The position numbers and the translations under genes were made by a program. Of a stretch of 64,000 nt of DNA, positions 1-12,874 are shown one piece after another. A model generated the notes under the pieces. The model did not search any database, was not told the DNA's origin, and saw nothing but the letters and a program-made list of their open reading frames with translations. The DNA comes from the human T2T-CHM13v2.0 reference genome, Homo sapiens. Within the stretch, counting starts at the first letter, position 1. The number at the start of each line of letters is the position of its first letter. The stretch lies in NCBI RefSeq assembly GCF_009914755.1, contig NC_060928.1; one strand, 5' to 3'.

Positions 1-514
1 TCCTGAGAACGAGTGTGCATCTTCTGACTCCCAATGCATTACTCTTGTTGCCCACCCTGGGAGGACTCACTGGAAAGGAAGCCCCCTCTCCATGCTTAGC
101 TTCAGGTTTGATTTGCAGAGTTGGCAGCTGCAAACAGTTCGATCTCTCTAGTCCAGGCTGAGAAAGAGAAACAGCGCCTGCAAGCTTGGTACTGCACACC
201 TGGGGTTGGGGACAGGACATGACTAAGCACAGAGCTTTCTTCTTTTGAGGCCACGCATGTGGTGCGGAGCGGGACCACCTGCATCCACACAACCCGGCAC
301 ACCTGCTCCTACTTCTGCTTAGCGTGTGAGCAGCGTGGTGACCAGGGTCTCCACCAGGGGGCAGGCCAGGACCAGCTTACAGCACTTTCTAGGCGCTCTC
401 TGGTCCCGGGCTGGGACACATACAGGGCTTAGTAAAGTTCGTAGATGGTAGCTAGGCAGCCCCAGGCCCCAGGTGACACCTCTCCCCTGACTGCCCTGTA
501 CTGCCTGCCTGCAG

Positions 515-633
515 CACTCCTGGGAATCTTGTACGAAGACAAGGAGAGACAGGACTTCATCTTCACCATCTACCACTGGTGGCAGGCTGTGGCCATCTTC
601 ACCGTGTACCTGGGCTCGAGCCTGCACATGAAG
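515..633 (+). pseudogene. UNC93B1: UNC93B1-like penultimate coding exon (duplicated gene fragment or diverged copy)
   Basis: Acceptor cctgcag| at 514 and donor aag|gtgag at 634. The 119-bp exon reads LLGILYEDKERQDFIFTIYHWWQAVAIFTVYLGSSLHMK, matching UNC93B1 as I remember it. Upstream exons are not in the window. Confidence 0.9.
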
Positions 634-1020
634 GTGAGACTGGGCAGGGTTGGGGGCCCCATGCCCAATGACAGGTATTTCCTTAGCCCCTGCCCTGGCT
701 TCACAGCTTCCTAAACGCCACCCCTTCCCAAGCCAGTCTCTGGGCCAAGGCCCCATTCCTGCAGCCCACTGGGTGGCCCCCAACTCAGCACCCCACTTAC
801 TGGCCCACCTCCAGCCAGTCTCAGTTTGCCCACCTCTGAGGGGATTTGTGGGTGCATCACAGCCATCCTGTGGGCTGTTTGGTACCCTGTTGTCCAGATG
901 TTGCGTCTGTCTCCCTTCATGTCCTGAACGGGAGCAGGCTTCTCATGCTCTGCTCCCAAAAGATGGTGGCTCGGTCTAGCAAGTCCCAGTTGCTAAACAT
1001 TTTTTAAAAATAGAACTAAA

Positions 1021-1335
1021 GGCCGGGCACGGTGGCTCACGCCTGTAATCCCAGCACTTTGGGAGGCCGAGGCAAGTAGATTGCCTGAGGTAGGGAGTTT
1101 GAAACCAGCCTGACCGACATGGTGAAACCTCGTCTCTTCTAAAAATACAAAAATTAGCTGGGCGTGGTGGCAGGTGGCTGTAATCACAGCTACTCAGGAG
1201 GCTGAGGCAGGAGAATCGCTTGAACTGGGAGGCGGAGGTTGCAGTTAGCCGAGACGGGGCCTTGGCACTCCATCCAGCCTAAGCAACAAGAGCGAAAATC
1301 CATCTCAAAATAAAAATAAAAATAAAAATAAAAAT
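1021..1335 (+). mobile_element. Alu (AluS-like), full length
   Basis: GGCCGGGCACGGTGGCTCAC start, A-rich linker and tail; TSD AAAAATAGAACTAAA at 1006-1020 and 1336-1350. Confidence 0.95.
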
Positions 1336-1363
1336 AAAAATAGAACTAAAAATAGCAGGGAGT

Positions 1364-1676
1364 GGGCTGGGAGCAGTGGCTCATGCCTATAATCCCAGCA
1401 TTTTGAGACGCTGAGGTGGGGGTATCACCTGAGATCTGGAGTTCGAGACCGGCCTGTGTAACAGGCTGTGAAACCCTGTCTCTACTAAAAACACAAAAAT
1501 TAGTTGGGCATGGTGGCACGTCCCTGTGATCCCAGCTACTCTGGAGGCTGAGGCACAAGAATGGCCTGAACCTGGGAGATGGAGGTTGCAGTGAGCCAAG
1601 ATTGCGCCACCGCACTTCAGCCTGGAGGACAGAGCGAGACTCTGTCTCCCAAAAAAAAAGGAAAAAAAGAAAAAAG
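1364..1676 (+). mobile_element. Alu, full length
   Basis: Alu dimer with A tail; imperfect TSD gcag(g/t)gagtg on both sides. Confidence 0.92.
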
Positions 1677-1690
1677 AAAAGCAGTGAGTG

Positions 1691-1936
1691 GGCTGGGCAT
1701 GGTGGCTCACGCCTGTAATCCCAACACTTTGGGAGGCTGAGGCGGGAGGATTGCTTGAGGCCAGGAGTTCAAGACCAGCCTGGGCAACATAGGAGACCCT
1801 GTCTCTACAAGAAATTTAAAAATTAGCTGGGCGTGATGGCGCGTGCCTGTAGTTCCAGCTGCTTGGGAGACTGAGGTGGGAGGATGGCTTGAGCCTGGAA
1901 GATTGAGGCTGAAGTGAGCGTGCCACTGCGCTCCAG
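1691..1936 (+). mobile_element. Alu (AluJ-like), 3' truncated
   Basis: Contains GGAGGATTGCTTGAGGCCAGGAGTTCAAGACC; no A tail. Confidence 0.9.
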
Positions 1937-2470
1937 CAGTGGGTGGGGGAAGGGAGGGAGGGGGCGCGGTGGGGAAACGGAGCGACCGTGTCTGGAAAAA
2001 AGAAAAGAGCAGGAAGTATGCATACAGAGGTGTGTGTGTGTGCTGAGCTATGGTGTGAAATCATTCCTGACTGCGGGTTATAGTCAAATCCCCATGAAGA
2101 GCATCACTGCAGCCCACGGGTGTGTCAGGGACACAGTGTTGTGAGCCCTGGGAAGGCAGGGCCTGTGGCCAGCACTTTATCAACACTGGCACATGCACCC
2201 TATGAGGCAAAGGGATTTGCATTGTCCCCTTACAGCGTGGGACACTGAGGTCGCCAGGGGCATGGCGACTGTAAGGGACAGTGCTGGATGTGAGCCTCGC
2301 CTGCAGGAGGCGGTCCAGGAAGCGTGGGTGGAGCGGCTGGAGAAGTTGAGGGTCGCGTGGCCCGGGAGGCTCCCGGAGGAGGGAAGGGCCTATCTCAGAG
2401 AGGGGCATAGGCGAGGAAGGTGCGGGGCAAGGCGGCCGCGGGTCCCTGGCATCCCTCTCCTTACGCCCAG

Positions 2471-2782
2471 GCTAAGCTGGCGGTGCTGCTGGTGACGCTG
2501 GTGGCCGCCGCGGTCTCCTACCTGCGGATGGAGCAGAAGCTGCGGCGGGGCATGGCCCCGCGCCAGCCCTGCATCCCGCGGCCCCAGCACAAGGTGCGAG
2601 GTTACTTCTACTTGGAGGAGGACAACTCGGACGAGAGAGACGCGGAAGGCGAGCATGGGGACGCCGCGGAGGAGGAGGCGCCGCCCGCGGGGCCCAGGCC
2701 TGGCCCCGAGCCCGCTGGACTCGGCCGCCGGCCCTGCCCGTACGAACAGGCGCAGGGGGGCGACGGGCCGGAGGAGCAGTGA
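2471..2782 (+). pseudogene. UNC93B1: UNC93B1-like last coding exon (C-terminal tail, ends ...GGDGPEEQ*)
   Basis: Acceptor cccag| at 2470, phase 0 with the previous exon. Reads AKLAVLLVTLVAAAVSYLRMEQKLRRG...YEQAQGGDGPEEQ-TGA. About 5 substitutions relative to remembered human UNC93B1 favour a paralog over the parent gene. Confidence 0.88.
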
Positions 2783-3204
2783 GGGGCCGCCTGGTCCCCG
2801 GACTCAGCCTCCCTCCTCGCCGGCCTCAGTTTACCACGTCTTAGGTCGGGGGCACCCCCTCCTAGTCCCGCGCTGTCTTCAAAGGCCCCTGTCACCCCTC
2901 CCCCACGTTGGGGACGCCCCTTCCAGAGCCCGTGTCACCTCCGGGCTTCCGCAGCCCCCCTCCAAGGCGGAGTGGAGCCTTGGGAACCCCTCGGCCAAGC
3001 ACAGGGGTTCGAAAATACAGCTGAAACCCCGCGGGCCCCTAGCACGCGCCCCAGCCCCGGAGCAGGGTCAGGGTCTTCTTGCGACCCGGCCCCGCTCCAG
3101 ATCCCCCCAGCTCTCGGCCGCGGACCCGGGCCGCGTGTGAGCGCGCTTTGCACCTCCTATCTCCAGGGTCCTCCGAGAGCCACGATTTTTTACAGAAAAT
3201 GAGC

Positions 3205-3210
3205 AATAAA
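3205..3210 (+). terminator. Polyadenylation signal of the UNC93B1-like 3' UTR
   Basis: AATAAA about 420 nt after the stop codon, at the end of a GC-rich UTR-like tract. Confidence 0.7.
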
Positions 3211-4779
3211 GAGATTTTGTACTGTCCTGACTGGGGAGTCCCAGGCCGCCGGGGATGGAGCGCCCCTGGGGTACACACCCGGCTGGCCCGGCGTCTGGGC
3301 GCGGTGGTGGGAGGCCCTGACCTAGGGGGACCACGGGGTGTGGGGAGTGCGGAGCCCCACTGGGGGCGGGGCGAGGTGTCCGTAGGCCCCGCCCACCAGC
3401 CCTTCCTCCCTCCTGAGGCCCCGCCCCCCATATCTGCCTGCCTTTGCCAGCCCCAGCCAGGAGAAGGGAGTGGCGGAGCGGCTGGCAGATACAGAGGAGG
3501 GTGTGACGGCGTTGCTGGTCCCCCATGGGTCCAGAGGGCAAGACAGACTCCCGAGGCACACCCTCCAGGGGCCTGTGTAGGCATCCTCGGCCCTCCAGCG
3601 ACCATCCCCGCGTCGGACAGGGTCCACTTCCGAGCCACGGTGGGGTCACCCTGTGCCCAGTAGGGGCCTTGGAAGTGGTGGTTGGAGGCCAGGTACGCTC
3701 GGTTACTACCCTTTCCCGGCTACAGCCTCAGCTGCGATGCCCACGAGAAACAGGCTGGTGGAGGGGCAGACCCCCTACAAGGCCTGAAGTTGCCGTTCCT
3801 CCACCCACTCCTCTTGTGGGCACAGGAGAGGGACAACCCCGCCATGAAGAGCTCTGAACGGTTGGGTGAGGACAAGTAGGGGCCGTGGGAGGGCCATGGA
3901 GCCCCCAGCTGCACCCCAGCAGGCCCGGGGCTGGCCCACACCATTCCTCACTCCCCACAGCCTCTCCACCCCTGATTTTGGCGAGACCCTCGTCCGTACC
4001 TCCAGGCTCCATGTCTGCCTCAGCATCGCTCTATGGATTCTCCCAGCCCTAAACTGGCCCCATCTCTCCTCTCTGCCCTCATGTGAGTTTGGTTTTTGAA
4101 GCCTCTAGTGGTCCCTGGGGCCAGACTCTGTGGCCTTGGACAGGGAGTCTCCCATGTAAGCCACAGGTTCCTTCTCTGTTGAGTGTGTGAGGGAACATGT
4201 TGGAGCCCTTAGTGTGGCGGCAGCAAGTGCCCCAGGTCCTGTAAGAAACACAAAAGGGTGCGGCGGGAGACTTGACATTTTCTAAATCTGGGAGGGAACG
4301 CTGCCTTCCTCACGCCGAACTTCAGTGAAAAGCAGACTCAGAAGCGGTCCCAAGGTGCCACTGTAAGCTGGGTGAAGGCCAGCGCTGTGTGCTTCCAGTT
4401 CCCCCTCGGCATCTGTAGACTGAGTGTTCTCTGGAGGTGGCTGGCTGTCGACATCCTCCAGGCAGCCTCCAGCAAAACCAGTCGGAGTTGGGCAACCTGA
4501 CGCTCAGATGATTCACCTCTGAATGGAGGGCAAGGTGATATTTGGAAGGGTGTGGGCCCCTGGGATGCTGGGCAAACGGGCAGCGGGTGCCTGGATAGTG
4601 GGCCTACAGCTCTTCCCAGTTTCGAGTCAATTCCAATGTCCATGATGCCAAGGAACAGAGGCTCTGATGTTGAGCAGACTTGAAGGTGATCCAGGCACAT
4701 GGAGTGGCCACTCAGGGGCGTGGCTCCTGGCTGTGCTCTTCCTATATGGGCATTTCCCATGAGAAGGCTTCACAGGCCA

Positions 4780-5005
4780 CCTGGCTGCTCCTGGCACACG
4801 GAGAATGCCCAGATGCTGACATGTGCCAGACAACACACGTACACCTGATAGGCCACACACATGCAACATGCAAACACACGTGACGGGTAACACCTGTGAC
4901 AGACACTACATGACAACACACGTGCACACATGATGGGAAACACATATCACAGGCCGTGCGACGTGAAACACACATCACAGGCTGTGCGATGGGAAACACA
5001 GCGCA
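4780..5005. repeat. CA-rich low-complexity tract
   Basis: Repeated acacac, cacatg and acacgt words. Confidence 0.6.
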
Positions 5006-5215
5006 GGCAGTGCGACGGGCCCTGGCAGCAAGCTCAGCAGGCTGGCTCTTTTCGAGCAGGAGAAGAGCTCATTGCAAGAGATGACACTGGCGTAGGTGGC
5101 ACCTCCCCTGTCTCCATCAACCCCAGATAAGGTGACTGGGTGGAGGTTCTGGACCCCTGAGTGGACGAGAAGCTTGTGTAATGGCCTCCGTGTCTGATTG
5201 CACCCTCGCTCCTAA

Positions 5216-5643
<428 letters not shown>

Positions 5644-5720
5644 TAGCAGGTTAGATAACCTGAGAAGTCTCCCTCTTCAAAACACCTAGGAATGCTGGGT
5701 AAGAAACAAATGTCCTTTTA

Positions 5721-6189
<469 letters not shown>

Positions 6190-6462
6190 TTACAAGGCAG
6201 GGGGTCAGGGTTACAGTCAAGCATGATGAAGTTGGGGCCACAGAAATGCAACACCTTTAGAGAAAGGAACAGAAACATTTCCACCCAGGGGAACAGAGAG
6301 AGGTGAGAAAATTTGAGCTTTAGGTGTTGAACAAGTTTCCCATGAGATCGTTGCGTTTTCAGGCCTCTCTTATGTAAATGTGGAACTCCTACAATGAAGT
6401 CATGCTACCTGTGTGGTCTAGGAATGCAAGAGTTGAGAAATTAACACTAAAAAGTTGCTTTG

Positions 6463-6822
<360 letters not shown>

Positions 6823-7130
6823 TCAAACCTGGCCACCCAGGATTCCCCACATAAAGCCCCTCTGAAGCTGAGCTCACGATCCAAAATTACAGAACGCACA
6901 GGAAACACGTCACCGCCAGAAAAGGCAACAGAAATACAAAAGAGCAGGATTCGACACCCGCTCCAAATACCCCCAGCTAGGAGAGAGAAGCTGTCCAACA
7001 GGTATGTGAGATAGGTAGCTTCTATAAGGGCTGCCAGCGATCTCCCACCCTTGACTCTTCACAGCTTTGTGTAATTTCCATCCCTTGATTGTGGGCTGGA
7101 CCTAGTGAGTTTCTTTTAACCAACTGAATT

Positions 7131-7616
<486 letters not shown>

Positions 7617-7920
7617 AACCAACTGAATGCTAAACTGGCCTGAGAGATTCTCACTCCCTGGTGTCCACACCCCGCTAATGCCCTCCTGTGAGTGAATGTG
7701 ATGGGCTACAGTACTTTTGAGCTAATCAAATGGGACGATACCTAATGGACCTGAACCAGTCAGGCAAGTCTTTTAAAAGAAAGGGACATGGCAGAGAGGC
7801 GCTCTTCTGCAGGCTTGGAGTAGGGCAAGTGGCCATGGTGCCACCTACAAGGGGGCCCCTGGAAGCCGAGAGTGGTCCCCGATGGCAGCTTGCAAGAAAA
7901 CAGGGACCTCAGTGCCCCAA

Positions 7921-10900
7921 CGTAGGGAACAGCCCCTCTCCCCCGCCGGCTCTTAGGACCCCCATCGCAGGGGGTGAGGCATCCCCCGCAATGCGGGGAG
8001 TAAGAGCCAGCCCCTTTTCCCCTCCTGGTTTTTAGGATCCGCGGTGGACTCACAGCCTCTTTACCGTATTGTGAGCAATATCATCTCCAACTCTGGAGAT
8101 TATGAACTGTTTCAGAGACAGGTGTACACCCTCGGTGTACAGAGGGTGTACACCCGTCTGTATTGGGAGTAATATCATCCTCTTCCTCCCTGAATATTAA
8201 GAAGAGTATCACAGGGGTGTTTCCACTCCCTCGGATATCGCGTGTCATATCCTCCTCTCCCACGCTGCAATTAGAAACAGTATCAGTGGGGGCGTGTCCA
8301 CCTTCTGTGATATTGAAAGTAATATCATCCTCTTCCCTCCAGGATCATGGGAACAATATCCCTGGGGGGTGTCCACTTTCTGCCATATATGTAGTCATAT
8401 CAACCCCTCCGCCTTGAAATATTATGAAGGACCATCTCACACGGGAGTGTATACTTCCTGCGATATTGGGAGTAATATCAACCTCTCGGCCTCTGAATAT
8501 TAGGAAGAATATCACAGGGTGGGTGTACACCTCCTGCTCTATTATGGGGAGTCATATCTATCTATTATGGGGAGTAATATCATCCTCTCCCTTTCAGGAT
8601 ATTAATAACAATTTCACAGGCTGGGTGAACACAGCCTGCGATGCTGGAATTATTATCACCCTCTCTCCCTCGGGATACTAGGAAGAATATCACAGAAGAG
8701 GTGTACACTCCCTGCGATATTGGGAGTAATATCATATGCTTCTTCCGTGAATATTAGGAGCAATATAACCGCGTGGCTGTACATTGATTGCTATGTTGGC
8801 AGTCATGTCATACTCTACCCGCTGGGTATTAGGATCGGTGTCACAGGGTGAGCGTACACCTACTGCGATATGAAAACTAATATCATGCTCTCCATCCCTG
8901 GATATTAGGAACAATATCACAGGTAGGTGTACACCCCCTGCGGTATTAGCAGTAATAATATTCTGAATTATTAAACATCAGTCTTATTAATAATTATCAA
9001 TGGTAATATTAATTAACAGTATAACGTTATTAATCATTAATGATTATTTTCCAAATATGATTATGCATGATTAAAATTAATTATTAATATTTATGTCACT
9101 TTTAATATTAGTTATTAATCTTAATATTAATTATTGTTTTATTACCAACATCACTTATGATTGATTGAAGTAACATTAATTAGTGATATCATTATTTTAT
9201 TATTAATAGTGATATTGCTATTAATTATTAATAGTAACCGTTAATATTTTTCATCCGTACTGTTTTAATGTCTCTACTGTAATTATTAATATTGATGAAT
9301 ACTATTAATTGTTATTATATCCATTAGTATTAATAATTAATAGAACTGTTCCCGATATCCGTGGGGGAGAGGATATTACTCCCAATATTGCAGAAAGTGT
9401 ACACCTCTCTATGATGTTACTCCTAATAGCCGGGAGGTAGAGGATGACATTATTGAAAATAGTGCAGTGGGTGTACATCCCTTCGGTTATCTTGTTCCTA
9501 ATATCCTGGGTGGGAGCGGATGATAAGACTCCCAATATCGCAGGGGGCGGAGACCTCCCCCGTGATACTGACCCTAACATCCAAAGGTGGAGAGGATGAT
9601 ATTTCTTCCAATTTCGCCGGGGGTGCACACCAACCTTGTGATATTGATCCTAATATTCAGGCGGCGAAAGGAGGATATTAGTCTGAATATTGCAGGATGT
9701 GTACACTCCCTAGGGATATTGTTCCTAATATCCAGGGACGGAGAGGATGATATCACTCCCAATATAGCCGGGGGTGTACACCCCTTGTGTGACATTGCTC
9801 CTAAAGTGCAGCGGGGGAGAGGAAGATATTACAGCCAATATCGCAGGGGGTGTACACCCCCTTGTGACATTCTTTCTTCTATCCTGGGAGGGAGAGGAAG
9901 ATACTAGCGGCAATGTCGCAGGGGCTGTACACACCCGCTGTGATATTGTTCCGAATATCCGGAGGGGAAGAAAATGATGTTACTTCCAATATCGCAGGGG
10001 GTGTACATCCTCCTGTGATATTGTTTCTTATATTCAGGGGGAGAGGATGATATTACTCCCAATATCGCAGGGGTTGTACACACCTCCTGCGATATGGGGA
10101 GTAAGAGCCAGCCCCACTCCCCCCCGGCTCTTAGGAGCCCCTTCGCAGGGGGATGAGGCCCCACCCCGAGGTACGGGGAGTAAGAGCCAGCCCCTATCCC
10201 CCCTGGCTCTTAGGACCCCCATCGCAAGGGGGTGAGGCCCCCGCTATGCGGGCAGTCATATCACCCCCCTCTGGATATGACGATTCACGTCGCAGGGGGA
10301 CGGGCGCCCCCCGCGATGCGGGGCGTCATATAACCCCCCCTTCCCCCCTGGAAATTACGGTCCACGGTGGTCACACAGCGTGTTCACGTTATTGTCAGTA
10401 ATATCTTCTCCGCCTCTGGAAATTACCAACTATGTCACAGATGGGTGCACATCCTCTGCGCTCTTTGGAGTAATAGCATCCTCTTTCCCCTTGATATTAA
10501 GAACAATATCACAGGAGTGTTTTTACCCCTAGGGGCATTCCGTGTAGTATCATCCTCTCCCACGTTGAAATTAGAAACAATATCACTGGGGGCGTGTCCA
10601 CCCCGTGCGATATTGAAAGTAACATCACCCTCTTCTCTCCTGGATCATGGGAACCATATCACTGGGGTTGTGTACACTTTCTGCGGTATTGGGAGTAAGA
10701 TCATCCTCTCCGCCTTGGAATATTAAGGACCATATCACAGTGGGGCTGTACACACCCTGTGCCGTGAAGAAGAGTATTATCCTCCCCTGCCCTGCACATT
10801 GGAAAAAATATCAGAGTGGGTGTACACCTCCTGCGATGGGGGGTGATATCATCTTCTCTTCTTCTGGATAATAGCAACAATAGTACACGGGTTTGTACAC

Positions 10901-11800
10901 TTTCTGTGACATTGGGAGTAATACCAACCTCTCCACCTTTGAATATTAAGAACAATATCACAGACTGGATGTACAACCCTTGCGATATTGGGAGTCATAT
11001 CAGCCTCTCCTCTCCGTGGATATTAGGAATAATATCCCAGGATGGGTGTACACTTCCTGCTTTATGGGGAGTCATATCGTCTTCTCACTTCCTGGCTGCT
11101 AGGAACAATATCAGAGGGTGGGTGTACACAGCCTGCGATATTGCGAGTAATATCACCCTCTCCCCCTCCGGATATTAGGAACAATGTCACAGAAGGGGTG
11201 TACACTTCTTGAGATACTGGGAGTAATAGCATTCTCTTCTTCCGGGAATATTAGGAGGAATATCAACGGGTCGATGCACACCCACGGCTATCTTGGGAGT
11301 AACGTCATACGCGACCCCCTGGAGATGATATTCGGATCAATATCACCGGTTGGGTGTACACCTACTGCGATACTGAACGTCATATCATGCTCTCTCCCTC
11401 CCTGGACATTAGGAACAATATCACAGGTGGGTGTACACCCACTGAGGTATTAGGGATAATATTCATATTAATTCTTCCTCATTTATTAACATGAATATGT
11501 ATTACCAATATTAATATTAATATTAAGAAATCATTGTTAAAATAGTGTTCAGATTATTAATATTAATGTTAGTTATTAGGAGCTAATATGACAGTTTTCT
11601 AATGAATAAGATCAATATCACTCTTTAAGACCAGGCGTCATTAATCATTAATATTCATCATTTATTGTTATCGTGAGTAAAACTCTTTAATACGAATTAT
11701 CATTATTATCGGTATTGATTTTAAGAATTATATGATCAGTTATTAATATTGATAATTATCAGTATCAGTTAATAATTGAGATTATTAATTGTGGTAAGTA
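7921..11800. repeat. SATR1/SATR2-type satellite, proximal block (~75-bp monomers, two orientation switches, two AT-rich spacers)
   Basis: Repeats of gatattgggagtaatatcatcctctc...ggatattaggaacaatatcacaggggtgtacacccc. Forward ~8040-8950, AT-rich 8952-9345, reverse 9346-10075, forward ~10085-11456, AT-rich 11457-11800. Family name from memory. Confidence 0.85.
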
Positions 11801-11804
11801 ACAT

Positions 11805-12874
11805 TGCGCCATTCCACCCCTCCCTCGGCAGCTCGTTTACGACCCAAAACGGGGATTCAAATGCCCCTGAGAGAGCAGCGGCATACTGGGAGAGAGGAGG
11901 ATGCTCACGTGGTGGAGAGGCGTGTTTTTGTGTACCAGCCCTTCACCTCTGCCGACCTTCTCAACTGGGAAAACAATACCCCGTCCTACACCGAAAAGCC
12001 GCAAGCCCTAATTGATTTGCTCCAAACTGTTATCCAGACCCACAACCCCACCTGGGCTGACCGCCACCCGTTGCTCATGTTCCTCTTTAAGAGAGATGAA
12101 AGGCGAAAGGCGGAGAGGGCTCCAAGCAGCAACTAAGTAGCTAGAGGAACATGCACCAGCTGATTATCAAAACTCGCAAGAGTATGGAAGGACCCAGTTA
12201 CCAGGAACCCACACCCAGTTGGACCCACATGAAAGAGAGGATATGCAAAGGCTAAACCGAGACAGGGAAGCTCTCTTGGAAGGATTCAAGAGGGGAGCTG
12301 AGAAGGCCACAAACGTTAACAAGGTCTCTGAGGTCATTCAGGGAAAAGAAGAAAGTCCGGCACAATTCTACGAGAGACTGTGTGAGGCCTGTGGTATGTA
12401 TACTCCCTTTGATCCCGATAACCCTGAAAATCAGCGCATGATTCACATGGCTTTAGTCCGTCAAAGCGCGGAAGACGTTAGAAGAAAACTGCAGAAGCAG
12501 GCTGGGCTTGCAGGGAAGAATACATCACATTGATGAGAAATAGCTAAGCAGGTGTTTGTAAACAGGGATGCAGTAAGCCACGAGGGAAAATGCAAAGAGA
12601 ATGAAGGTCTGGCCCGGCGAAACGCCGACCTGTTTGTTAGCTGCAGCAATCAGAGCTGTCCCCCCCAAAGAAGCAAGGGAAGGGGGGCCCTGGGAAAGAA
12701 ACTCAGCTTGGATGTCAGAGTTTGCAGTGTAACCAGTGTGCTCATTGTAAAGAAATAGGACAGTGGAAGAACAAATGCCCTCAGCTCAAAAGAAAACAAG
12801 ATGACTCAGAGCAGGAGGCCCCGGACAAGGAGGAAGGGGCCCTGCTCAACCTGGTAGAAGGGATATTGGACTGA
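11805..12874 (+). mobile_element. ERV class I (HERV-E-like) gag remnant: capsid and nucleocapsid, 5' truncated
   Basis: YQPFTSADLLNW..NTPSYTEKPQALIDLLQTVIQTHNPTWAD; MHR VIQGKEESPAQFYERL; zinc knuckle CAHCKEIGQWKNKC at 12737-12778 (H->Q); gag stop TGA at 12872-12874; internal stops and frameshifts. Confidence 0.88.

Larger units (their letters stand above)
2300..3400. promoter_or_regulatory. CpG-rich tract over the last UNC93B1-like exon and 3' UTR
   Basis: High GC and many CpG dinucleotides by eye; observed/expected ratio not computed. Confidence 0.6.

Noticed and set aside
993-1710. ORFs with [13 protein letters not shown] / [16 protein letters not shown] motifs, here and throughout the window
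   Set aside because: Standard Alu translation products.
2935-5130. Cluster of GC-rich ORFs downstream of the UNC93B1-like exon
   Set aside because: No recognisable domains or consistent exon structure; compatible with 3' UTR and flanking DNA.
8081-11453. Many ORFs with ILGVISSS / DDITPNIAG motifs suggesting a repeat protein (also 16048-17935)
   Set aside because: Translation artefact of the ~75-bp satellite monomer; present on both strands with frequent stops.
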